A stretch of 59,876 nucleotides of DNA, filler included. It is 4 parts of 4 records of this genome, joined end to end, with 100 filler letters (N's around TTAATTAATTAA, not from the genome) between each part and the next. Parts side by side here need not be neighbours in the genome. Positions count along the whole stretch, not along the records: positions 1 to 17,322 come from SRR31156797_692; positions 17,423 to 35,841 come from SRR31156797_696; 2 more parts are not named here. One strand, 5' to 3'. Position 1 is the stretch's first letter; each line of letters begins with the position of its first letter. Below are positions 10,022-18,820 of the stretch, piece by piece. The position numbers were made by a program, and so were the translations under genes. The notes under the pieces were generated by a model. That model searched no databases, had not been told where the DNA came from, and worked only from the letters and a program-made list of their open reading frames with translations.

Positions 10022-10921
10022 ATGCTAAAAGTTTTACTATTTTTTATTTTTACAATCTTTTTATTTACAGGTTGTACAAATCAAAACTTAAGCCCCTCTC
10101 TAACCCACGATTTAGAGAAGAAAGAGGCAATATATTCAATAAAACAAGCTAATTATCTTGACATAAAAGAGTTAGCAAAGGAGCTTAAAAACTACCCTAT
10201 TATTTTTGTAGGAGATCACCATAATACAGAGAAAACCCACAAGTTTTTTGAAAAACTCTTAAAAGAACTTGATAAAGAGGGTTATAATTTAAATCTAGCT
10301 AATGAGTGGTTTACCCCAGAATATGATAAACTTTTAAAAGATTATACAGATGGTAAATTAGATGGTATAAGATTAAAAGAGAGACGACATTGGGATGAGT
10401 TTACAAAATATAAATGGGAATATGTTGAACCTTTATATGAAGCAATTAAAGCAAATGGTGGAATGCTTTATGGTATTAATTTAACAAAAGAGAGTAGAAA
10501 AAAGATATCTCTAAAAGAGCTTGATAAGATGAATAAAGAAGAAAAAACTTTTTTTAACTCTTTAGATTTAAATGTAAGTGCACATAGACAACTTATTATG
10601 CCATTTATGAAACACTGCAAAAAACTAAAACAAAAAAGTGATGAGCCATGTGAAGAAAGAATGTATAGAGTTCAAGTAGCTTGGGATACATATATGGCAC
10701 AAAATATTGCAAGAATATCAGAAAATATTATTAAAAGCCCTAAAGATAAACTTTTAGTTTTTGTAGGAGCTATGCATCTAGAAAAAAGAGTTGGAATTCC
10801 ACTTAGATTTTCAAGATTAAGTAATCTTCCTTTTTTTATCATTTCAAATGAAAAGATTGATAAAAACAGTGATTTAAAGATAGATAATAATAAAGCAGAT
10901 GCAGTCTATATTTATAAGTAA
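10022..10921 (+). CDS. chaN: ChaN/CjrA-family haem-binding lipoprotein
   Basis: Lipobox LFTGC; IIFVGDHHN, LANEWF, QVAWDTYMA, VGAMHL motifs of the ChaN (Tiki-like) family. Confidence 0.85.
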   Translation: MLKVLLFFIFTIFLFTGCTNQNLSPSLTHDLEKKEAIYSIKQANYLDIKELAKELKNYPIIFVGDHHNTEKTHKFFEKLLKELDKEGYNLNLANEWFTPEYDKLLKDYTDGKLDGIRLKERRHWDEFTKYKWEYVEPLYEAIKANGGMLYGINLTKESRKKISLKELDKMNKEEKTFFNSLDLNVSAHRQLIMPFMKHCKKLKQKSDEPCEERMYRVQVAWDTYMAQNIARISENIIKSPKDKLLVFVGAMHLEKRVGIPLRFSRLSNLPFFIISNEKIDKNSDLKIDNNKADAVYIYK

Positions 10922-10948
10922 TTTTATTGGGAAGATTTCCCAATAAAA
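10922..10948. terminator. Bidirectional terminator between chaN and folE
   Basis: TTTTATTGGGAA-gat-TTCCCAATAAAA between convergent genes. Confidence 0.75.
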
Positions 10949-10950
10949 TA

Positions 10951-11523
10951 CTATTTATGTAAAGACTGAGCTACTATAGAAAGAAACTCATCTTTTGTTT
11001 TTTTGTCTTTTTTAAATAATCCTCTAAGAGCAGAAGTTACTGTAGTTGAACAAATTTTTTCAACACCTCTCATCTCCATACACATATGTCTAGCATCAAT
11101 CATAACTGCTACACCTTTTGGATTTAAAGCTTCATGAAGAGCATCACAAATTTGTTCTGTCATTTGCTCTTGAATTTGTAATCTTCTTGCAAATACATCA
11201 ACAACTCTAGGGATTTTTGATAATCCAACAACCTTACCATCTGGAATATATGCAACATGTGCTTTTCCTATTATTGGTAACATATGGTGTTCACACATAG
11301 AATAAAACTCGATATCTTTTATAACAACCATTTCATCATTTGAACTTGTAAAAAGTGCTGAGTTTATAATCTCTATTGGGTTTTGGTTATATCCACCACA
11401 CATAAATTCAAAAGCTTTTCTAACTCTGCTTGGAGTTTTTTCTAAACCTTCTCTATTTATATCTTCCCCCACATACTCTAATATATTTTTTACCGAATTT
11501 TCAAACTCTAACTCTTTACTCAT
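10951..11523 (-). CDS. folE: GTP cyclohydrolase I
   Basis: [40 protein letters not shown]. Confidence 0.97.
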   Translation of the reverse strand: MSKELEFENSVKNILEYVGEDINREGLEKTPSRVRKAFEFMCGGYNQNPIEIINSALFTSSNDEMVVIKDIEFYSMCEHHMLPIIGKAHVAYIPDGKVVGLSKIPRVVDVFARRLQIQEQMTEQICDALHEALNPKGVAVMIDARHMCMEMRGVEKICSTTVTSALRGLFKKDKKTKDEFLSIVAQSLHK

Positions 11524-11534
11524 TTATTTTCCTC

Positions 11535-12716
11535 TTAAACTTTTAACATATCATTCATACTCCATAATGGAACAAATATAGCAAATATTATCCATAATAT
11601 TAGTGCCATTATGATAATAAAAAATAGTGGTTCTATCAAAAGTGAAAAAACTTTTAAACTGTTTTCAAATCTAACTTTGTAGATTTTCTTTATTTCACAA
11701 ACAACTTCCGGCATGGAGTTTGTAACTTCTGCTGTGTTGATTAGATTTAAAGTAACATCATCAAAAAGTTTTGAAGCTTCAAATGAACTCTTCACACTTT
11801 TACCACTTTTTAATTGATTTTCTATTCGTGTGATTCTATCAAAAAAATATTGATTTTTTAGTAAAACTTTTGTATTAGAAAGGGAATCTAAAAACTCAAA
11901 CTTATTTTTGAGTAAAATCTCTAAAACTACAAAATAAATATACAATATTTTTAGTCTATACATTTTGCTTATTATTAAAACTCTCATTGCCATAAATTTA
12001 TCTATTTTGTATCTAAAATATTTATTGTTTTTATAAAAAAAAGTTAATGAAAGTATTAAAAAACAAAGAGTGATAAATAGATAAAATAAATAGTTTTCAA
12101 AGAACTCTTTTGTTGCAAACAACATTTTCGTTGATAGAGGTAAATCAAATTGGGAGTTTATAAAAATAGATTCAAAACTAGGCAATACAAAGTTAAATAT
12201 TCCCAAAAGTGACATTAAAAAAGTTACTAACAAAACTATTGGGTAAATCATAGATTTTATGAATTCTGATTTTGTTTCAAGGTTTTCTTTTATAAGTGTA
12301 CTTAAAGAGTCAATATTTTCTGCACTGTTTCCGCTGTTTTGTGTGATTTTAAATAAGGATTTGATTAAAGGGTTTACTTTGTATTTTTTTAAACCCTCTT
12401 CAATATCAATTGAGTTAATAAAACAATTTTGCAAATCACTCAAAAAAGCTTTTGTTTTCTCTTTTTTTTCGTTTTTTATTAGTATTTCAAATGCATCATT
12501 TAATAAAATTTTTGAGTTAAGCATTAAACTTAACTCATAGAGTTTATCTTTTATCTCTTTGTCTTTTATTCTATTATCTTCAAAATTAAATGATTTTTTT
12601 CTTTTTATTGAGATTACATTTTTGGGTAACTCAAAAGAGTTATATTCTTTTGCATTTAGAATTTTTGTTTGTAAACCTTTTTTATCAATATATTTTATTT
12701 CGTATAAACTAGTCAT
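11535..12716 (-). CDS. gspF: Type II secretion/type IV pilus platform protein (GspF/PilC/CtsF family)
   Basis: Two T2SSF repeats, MIYPIVLL, LPLSTK, LIEPLFFII...AIFVPLW; follows a GspE gene. Confidence 0.85.
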   Translation of the reverse strand: MTSLYEIKYIDKKGLQTKILNAKEYNSFELPKNVISIKRKKSFNFEDNRIKDKEIKDKLYELSLMLNSKILLNDAFEILIKNEKKEKTKAFLSDLQNCFINSIDIEEGLKKYKVNPLIKSLFKITQNSGNSAENIDSLSTLIKENLETKSEFIKSMIYPIVLLVTFLMSLLGIFNFVLPSFESIFINSQFDLPLSTKMLFATKEFFENYLFYLFITLCFLILSLTFFYKNNKYFRYKIDKFMAMRVLIISKMYRLKILYIYFVVLEILLKNKFEFLDSLSNTKVLLKNQYFFDRITRIENQLKSGKSVKSSFEASKLFDDVTLNLINTAEVTNSMPEVVCEIKKIYKVRFENSLKVFSLLIEPLFFIIIMALILWIIFAIFVPLWSMNDMLKV

Positions 12717-14055
12717 TTATAACCTTTAAAACTTCATCAAGTGTTGTAATACCTTTATTTATTTTCTCTTTACCATCATCTAAAATTGTTTTGAAATTAA
12801 TAGTTTTTAAATATTGGGATAAGTCTTTGTTTTCAAATATGATTGATGATATATTTTTATCAACTTTTAGTATCTCTGCAATACAACTTCGTCCAAAAAA
12901 ACCACTATAATTACAAACCTTACAGCCAGACTTTTTACACTCTTTACAGATATTTAAAACTAGTCTTTGAGAAATCACAAACTTTAAAGCTTGTGATAAA
13001 AGATATCTATCTGCTTTTAAATCAATAAGTCTACTTAATGTTTCAAGGGAACTATTTGCATGTATCGAAGCAAAAACCAAATGTCCTGTTAATGATGCTT
13101 GCAATGCAATATTTAAAGATACTTCATCTCTAATCTCTCCAATAAGCACTATATCAGGATCTTGTCTTAGAATATTTTTTAAAACTCTTTTAAATCCTAC
13201 ATCAATAGAATCATTTACTTCGATTTGTTGAATCTGCTGAAGTTTATACTCTACTGGGTCTTCTATTGTGATTATTTTTTTATCTTCACTATTTAAATCT
13301 TTTAACATAGAATATAAAGTTGTACTTTTCCCACTTCCTGTTGGACCTGCAATTAATACAAGTCCAGAGTTTAATCTTTTAATCTCTTCTAATGAAGCAA
13401 TTATAGAATCTGAAAACCCCAAATCTTTTATTTTTGTAGATATTGTTCTATTATCTAAAATCCTAATAACTATTGATTCGCCAAAAATTGTTGGCATAGT
13501 TGATATTCTAAAGTCGTATTTTAAATTGTTAATATCAAGACAAAAGCGTCCATCCATAGGCACTCTATTTTGGGTAATATCTAGTTTGGAAAGCATCTTT
13601 AAAAAAGAACTCAATATTTGTAAAAACCTCTTTTCAAATATATAAAAAATCTTTAATTTTCCATCAATACGAAACCTTAAAATAACAGTATTTTCTAAAG
13701 ATTCTATATGTATATCACTTGTTCTGTTTTCGATTGCTTTTTTGATAAGTATTAATACAAAATCTTCTATATAAAAGTTGTCTTTATCTTTACTATTTAT
13801 TGATTTAAGGCATAAAGAAAATAGAGTTTTTCTTGTTTTTATATCTTCTAGGAAAAAGAGTATCTCTTCTTTAGTGATTTTTGATTTTTTTTCGATGTTA
13901 TAATTTAAAATAGAATCATAACTTGATTCCTTACAATAAAAGATTTCAAGAGTGATTCCATTTAGCTGAATTGGTAGGATATAACTTTTTTTTAGTACAT
14001 TTAAATCAAACAGTTCATAAATACTATAATCAATAACAAAATCAAAAATTTTCAT
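12709..14055 (-). CDS. gspE: GspE/PilB/CtsE-family assembly ATPase
   Basis: SDIHIE, RFRIDG, GPTGSGKSTT, TIEDPVE, LRQDPD, GEIRD, TGHLVFASIH, CxxC..CxxC. Confidence 0.93.
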   Translation of the reverse strand: MKIFDFVIDYSIYELFDLNVLKKSYILPIQLNGITLEIFYCKESSYDSILNYNIEKKSKITKEEILFFLEDIKTRKTLFSLCLKSINSKDKDNFYIEDFVLILIKKAIENRTSDIHIESLENTVILRFRIDGKLKIFYIFEKRFLQILSSFLKMLSKLDITQNRVPMDGRFCLDINNLKYDFRISTMPTIFGESIVIRILDNRTISTKIKDLGFSDSIIASLEEIKRLNSGLVLIAGPTGSGKSTTLYSMLKDLNSEDKKIITIEDPVEYKLQQIQQIEVNDSIDVGFKRVLKNILRQDPDIVLIGEIRDEVSLNIALQASLTGHLVFASIHANSSLETLSRLIDLKADRYLLSQALKFVISQRLVLNICKECKKSGCKVCNYSGFFGRSCIAEILKVDKNISSIIFENKDLSQYLKTINFKTILDDGKEKINKGITTLDEVLKVIND

Positions 14056-14692
14056 TTTTATATAACTTCAATATTTTGTTTTCATATCTTTTACTAAGAT
14101 ATACTCTAGTTGGGTCAATTTTATCTATTTGAAACCCATCAATTGATTCTTCTACACCTAGCCATTTATTGTTTATCAATGCTTTATCCTCAATAATTGC
14201 TTTTAATTGTATGGTTTCATTTATAATATTTTTTTGTAAAAATGTTAAATCTATTTTTATTGAATCTTTCTTATAAAACTTATCAAAATTAACTTTTACA
14301 GATGTTTTATCTCCTAGAAAATCAAAAGTTTCAATTTTTGAAAAGCTGTTTATGTTTTCTAAGAAAGCTAAAAAATATATTCTTTTTTTTAGTGAAGAAA
14401 AAACTTCTATTTCAAAACCTTCTTCGTAGGTTTTTATATTTGCAATTTCTATTTTTTCTTTTTGAGCGTAAGATTCTATCTTTTTTAAAATATCCACAAT
14501 ATTTTGACTTCTTGCAAGCTCTCTTATATTTACTTCACTAGATATAGAATTGTTATTTTTATTAATATTATTAGTAGTAATAAAGAGTATAACAATTATC
14601 AAAATAGGTAAAGCATAAAAATATACTTTTGTTTTTAAAGGTAAAGTATCAAAACTATTTTCTATATATTTTATAGTTTGCATTTGCAACAT
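14042..14692 (-). CDS. Hypothetical bitopic membrane protein, possible pilus alignment component (PilO/PilP-like)
   Basis: Single N-terminal TM helix; LKAII.DKALINNKWL C-terminus; overlaps gspE. Function inferred from position. Confidence 0.6.
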   Translation of the reverse strand: MLQMQTIKYIENSFDTLPLKTKVYFYALPILIIVILFITTNNINKNNNSISSEVNIRELARSQNIVDILKKIESYAQKEKIEIANIKTYEEGFEIEVFSSLKKRIYFLAFLENINSFSKIETFDFLGDKTSVKVNFDKFYKKDSIKIDLTFLQKNIINETIQLKAIIEDKALINNKWLGVEESIDGFQIDKIDPTRVYLSKRYENKILKLYKNENF

Positions 14693-15452
14693 ACCTTTTT
14701 ATCTCTTTGTTATAAACAATGTTTTCAATGGTTTTGTCTTCAGATAGATTAAAAAAGTTATAGATATTTTTTTTATTTTTACTTTGAATCTCTATTAAAA
14801 GTTTTGAGTTTTTAAATGTAATTGAAGTAATTACTGAACTGTTACTTTTGGCTTTTTTAAATATATTTGCTACCTCATTTGTAAGAGAATAAAACTGCAT
14901 TTGTTTTTTTATTTTTAATGTTTTTGTTTTTATTTTATAAATAGAATTTAAATCAGTACTTAAACTAAAATCATAAAAAGAAAGTGCTGTTAATAGTGAA
15001 AACACATAAAGTGAAAACAGTTTAAAACTATGTGTTTCTATGGGCTTTATATATTTTATATTTGTTTTTTTGTTTATAACTTTTTCTTTTTTTTGAGTAA
15101 TTACTGCCTCATTGAGATTTAGTGTTTTTTTCAGTATTGATATTAAACTATTATCTATTGAAGTTGTTTTCTGCATATAGAAAAACTTTGAATTTTTGTA
15201 AACTATTATTTGTTTTTCATCTAAGATTATCTCTTCTTTTTCTTTTGAGATATATTTTAAAAAATCTGGAAATTCATTTTTTATAAACAAAACTTGATAG
15301 TGCTTTAACTCTTTTATATAAGAGTAGATGATTTTAGAATTTTTGTCAAAATTAACATTTTTTAATTCTAGATTTGTAAGTATAAATTTTTTAAGATATT
15401 TCTCTGCTATCTCATCTTCAGAGTGGATTTCATAAACTAAAATAATAGACAC
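14655..15452 (-). CDS. Hypothetical membrane protein, possible PilM/PilN- or GspL-like component
   Basis: 265 aa with a central TM segment, in the same run as era and gspE/F; start codon uncertain. Confidence 0.55.
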   Translation of the reverse strand: MSIILVYEIHSEDEIAEKYLKKFILTNLELKNVNFDKNSKIIYSYIKELKHYQVLFIKNEFPDFLKYISKEKEEIILDEKQIIVYKNSKFFYMQKTTSIDNSLISILKKTLNLNEAVITQKKEKVINKKTNIKYIKPIETHSFKLFSLYVFSLLTALSFYDFSLSTDLNSIYKIKTKTLKIKKQMQFYSLTNEVANIFKKAKSNSSVITSITFKNSKLLIEIQSKNKKNIYNFFNLSEDKTIENIVYNKEIKRYVANANYKIYRK

Positions 15453-15522
15453 CTTATCATAAAGATAATGTATTCTATTATTTTATTCTTTCAAACAAAA
15501 TTAAATATAATTAATTTTATTA

Positions 15523-16407
15523 TTAAAATGTAACATCATAACCAAGTTCTTTAAGTCCTTGTTTACTCTTTGTCCAACCTTTTTTGATAGATACAAACAG
15601 TTCTAAGTAACACTTTCTACCTGTAAGTTTTTCTATTTTAAGTCTTGCATCTTTACCTATTCTTTTTATAGCAGTTGCACCTTTTCCAATAATCATACCT
15701 TTTTGAGTACTTTTTTGAACAATAATTGTTGCTTTAACTACATCAAGATTATCTTTCTCTTGAACTCTATCAATTAAAACATCAGTCTCATAAGGTATTT
15801 CATCACTAATATTTTCAAAAATAGATTCTCTAATAAACTCTTTAAAAATATCTCTTAAATGCTCTGTTGTCATAATTTCAGGATCGTATAAATATGGATG
15901 TTCAGGAAGGTGTTTTACAACTTCATTTAATATATCTGCTTGAGTTGTTTGTTTTTTTATAGATACAGGAATAACAGCTTCATAGTGTTCAGCATATTCT
16001 TCATACTCTTTTATTTTTGATAATACTTCATTGTTTGACACATTATCAATTTTTGTTAATAGAAGTATATGTTTTACATTTTTTTTGTTTTTTTCTAAAA
16101 AGCTTTGATAGTGTGTTAGCTTATCTGTTACAGGAGCTAAGAACAATATTAAATCACAATCACCCATCGCTTTTAATGCTTCATCTAACATAAATTGGTT
16201 TATTAGTTTTTCAGTTTCGTGAAGCCCTGGAGTATCTACAAATATAACTTGGTCATCTTCATGCATTACTATTATATTTGATCTTTTTCTTGTTGCATTG
16301 GCTTTATGAGAGACCATAGCAATCTTTTCTCCAACTAACCAGTTTAGTAGTGAACTTTTACCTGCATTTGGTCTTCCTACAACTGATACATATCCACATT
16401 TATTCAT
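15523..16407 (-). CDS. era: GTPase Era
   Basis: GRPNAGKS, DTPG, TKID, EIPY, KH motif GMIIGKG. Confidence 0.97.
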   Translation of the reverse strand: MNKCGYVSVVGRPNAGKSSLLNWLVGEKIAMVSHKANATRKRSNIIVMHEDDQVIFVDTPGLHETEKLINQFMLDEALKAMGDCDLILFLAPVTDKLTHYQSFLEKNKKNVKHILLLTKIDNVSNNEVLSKIKEYEEYAEHYEAVIPVSIKKQTTQADILNEVVKHLPEHPYLYDPEIMTTEHLRDIFKEFIRESIFENISDEIPYETDVLIDRVQEKDNLDVVKATIIVQKSTQKGMIIGKGATAIKRIGKDARLKIEKLTGRKCYLELFVSIKKGWTKSKQGLKELGYDVTF

Positions 16408-16573
16408 TCATTTCCTTCAATCGTTTTTATAAAAAGTATTATAACAAAATCTAACTACTTCTTTTCTTCTATAGTTTTTTAGTTTTAAGATAATGCAATA
16501 TGTTTATACATATCCACATTCTTTCCTTGTATTAACTTTATAATTATAAACAAAAAAGGACATTTATCAGGAT

Positions 16574-16712
16574 ATGAAAATATTGCAACTTGAAGATGAT
16601 TAGTTATTAAGTGTTGAAAATGATTCTTTTACACTTTCAAAAATAGAATTAAAGATTTTAGAATATCTTATAAAAAATAAAAGGTGTTGGTTACAAGTTA
16701 GATTATAAATAA
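16574..16712 (+). pseudogene. Collapsed OmpR/PhoB-family response regulator remnant
   Basis: MKILQLEDD then TAG (16601), LSKIELKILEYLIKNK (wHTH helix), then shifted-frame GVGYKLDYK* (C-terminal hairpin); most of the gene is deleted. Confidence 0.8.
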
Positions 16713-16713
16713 A

Positions 16714-16741
16714 AACCTTCAAGAATATTTTCTTGAAGGTT
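16714..16741. terminator. Hairpin between the pseudogene and the convergent small gene
   Basis: AACCTTCAAGAA-tatt-TTCTTGAAGGTT. Confidence 0.75.
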
Positions 16742-16773
16742 AAAAGGAGAACAAATTACTAAAATAAAGAGTT

Positions 16774-17004
16774 TTATCCCTCTGAAGCTGGATATAACTC
16801 TAAAAGTTTATTTTTTGGAGGAGTCCAACTTGTATGGCTTTGTTTATATTCTTGCATAAAAGCTTCACATTTTTGCATATGTTTTTTATTCATACTAGTG
16901 TGATTCATTTGATTCATCATTCCTGACATCTCTTGGTTACCTGCTGCAAAAAGTGACACAGAAAGTAAACTTATTCCTAACACTGAAGTTACAATTTTTT
17001 TCAT
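16774..17004 (-). CDS. Small secreted Met/His-rich protein
   Basis: Signal peptide MKKIVTSVLGISLLSVSLFA; mature part has 7 Met and 3 His; AAGGA Shine-Dalgarno. Confidence 0.8.
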   Translation of the reverse strand: MKKIVTSVLGISLLSVSLFAAGNQEMSGMMNQMNHTSMNKKHMQKCEAFMQEYKQSHTSWTPPKNKLLELYPASEG

Positions 17005-17162
17005 ATTTTATCCTTTGTTTTGATATGTGTAAGTATAAAAATCTAATATGGAAAAATTATGCAGTGTATGAGGAAAGAATATGGAATTTTGAAAATGTAA
17101 AGATAAATCATTTAATTAATAAAAAAAATAATAAGGTTATCTTCTTATGAAAATGTGATAGT

Positions 17163-17189
17163 AACTTTCTCTAAAAAATAGAGAAAGTT
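17163..17189 (-). terminator. Hairpin after the SnoaL-like gene
   Basis: AACTTTCTCTA-aaaaa-TAGAGAAAGTT. Confidence 0.6.
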
Positions 17190-17322
17190 TTAAAACATAG
17201 TATTATTATTTGCAGACTTTTCTGGAACTTTTTGTATAACATCCCAATGTTCTACTATTTTCCCATCTTCAACCCTAAAAATATCAACAACTGCTTCACC
17301 TCTGTCATTAGGAGAGGCTTTC
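17190..17322 (-). CDS. SnoaL-like/NTF2-family protein, C-terminal fragment (cut by contig end)
   Basis: Manual translation ...DRGEAVVDIFRVEDGKIVEHWDVIQKVPEKSANNNTMF*; absent from the ORF track. Confidence 0.85.
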
Positions 17323-17422
17323 NNNNNNNNNNNNNNNNNNNNNNNNNNNNNNNNNNNNNNNNNNNNTTAATTAATTAANNNNNNNNNNNNNNNNNNNNNN
17401 NNNNNNNNNNNNNNNNNNNNNN
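17323..17422. other. Artificial contig linker
   Basis: 44 N + TTAATTAATTAA (stops in all six frames) + 44 N; genes cut on both sides. Confidence 0.99.
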
Positions 17423-18616
17423 GGAGAAGAAGGAGATAAATTACTTTTTAAAGTATTGAATTCCGGAGATTTTATCTCCAAAGTTCGCGATGAACAATTG
17501 CAGGAGAAAAACTCTGTAAAATTAACCACAAAAATTAGTGAAAAAGGTTTACGTTACGATTTAACCGTACCTTTTGCGCGTTACGTTGTTCAGCATCGCA
17601 ACGAAATTAGTTTTCCTTTTAAGAGATATCAAATTCAACCAGTTTGGAGAGCAGATAGACCACAGAAAGGTCGTTATCGTGAGTTTTACCAATGCGATGT
17701 TGATGTAATCGGAAGCAATTCACTTTTAAACGAAGTGGAATTAATTCAGATTGTTGACGAAGTATATCGTAGACTGCAACTCAATGTAGTAGTGAAGTTG
17801 AATAACCGTAAAATTTTAGCGGGTATTGCTGAAATTATCGGCGAAGCAGAAAAGATTGTTGACATTACTGTAGCGATTGACAAGTTGGATAAAATTGGCT
17901 TGGACAACGTGAACAAGGAGTTGGTAGAAAAGGGAATATCTGCGAAAGCTATTGAAACTTTACAACCGATAATATTATTAGCAGGAACCAATAATGAGAA
18001 ATTAGCCAAGTTAAAAGAGCTTTTGGCTAGTTCAGAAATTGGGATGAAAGGTATTGAGGAATTGGAAACGGTTTTCAATTACCTGAACAATTTAGATGTA
18101 AAAACCGAGGTAGAGTTGGATTTAACTTTAGCCAGAGGATTGAATTATTATACTGGAGCCATTTTCGAAGTTAAATCTAAGGATATGGAGTTTGGTAGCA
18201 TTACCGGAGGAGGTCGTTACGACGATTTAACTGGTATTTTCGGATTAAAAGATGTTTCTGGAGTAGGAATCTCATTTGGTGCCGATCGTATTTACGATGT
18301 AATGGAGCAAATGGAAAAATTCCCTGAAGAAACTGCTGAAACTACCAAAGTGTTGTTTATCAACTTTGGAGAGAAAGAAGAAAAATTCTGTTTGCCAATT
18401 CTTGCTAAATTGAGAGCAAACGGAATTAATTCAGAAATATATCCTGCTTCTCAGAAAATGAAGAAGCAAATGACATACGCCAATAACAAAAACATTCCTT
18501 TTGTAATTATGGTTGGAGAAACCGAAATGGAAGAAGGATTGGTAAGTTTAAAAGACATGGATACGGGAGAGCAGTTAAAATTGACTCCAGATCAGTTAAT
18601 TGAAAAATTGGCTTAA
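17423..18616 (+). CDS. hisS: Histidine--tRNA ligase (5' truncated)
   Basis: Frame open from the contig start ([10 protein letters not shown]); [45 protein letters not shown]. Confidence 0.97.
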   Translation, partial: GEEGDKLLFKVLNSGDFISKVRDEQLQEKNSVKLTTKISEKGLRYDLTVPFARYVVQHRNEISFPFKRYQIQPVWRADRPQKGRYREFYQCDVDVIGSNSLLNEVELIQIVDEVYRRLQLNVVVKLNNRKILAGIAEIIGEAEKIVDITVAIDKLDKIGLDNVNKELVEKGISAKAIETLQPIILLAGTNNEKLAKLKELLASSEIGMKGIEELETVFNYLNNLDVKTEVELDLTLARGLNYYTGAIFEVKSKDMEFGSITGGGRYDDLTGIFGLKDVSGVGISFGADRIYDVMEQMEKFPEETAETTKVLFINFGEKEEKFCLPILAKLRANGINSEIYPASQKMKKQMTYANNKNIPFVIMVGETEMEEGLVSLKDMDTGEQLKLTPDQLIEKLA

Positions 18617-18820
18617 GCTACTATTGTAGTTAATGAGTATTAAAAAAAATAAGAAATGATATTTGCCTTTTTAGAAAATAGACCCGTTGAAACAATCGGG
18701 GGAGACATTCGTTTTCCTTGAATGTTGCTAGCTTATATTTTTAATTTGCACATTGCGATATTGTATCGTGGTGCATCATTTTTTTTCGATTTTAGAATAA
18801 ATACTTAACACAATAAAAAC

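Noticed and set aside
16953-17150. 65-aa plus-strand ORF
   Set aside because: Overlaps the small secreted gene and its promoter repeats; no Shine-Dalgarno site or motif
18633-18810. Histidine leader peptide before hutH
   Set aside because: The short ORFs (MSIKKNKK, MIFAFLENRPVETIGGDIRFP, MLLAYIFNLHIAIL...) have at most one His codon
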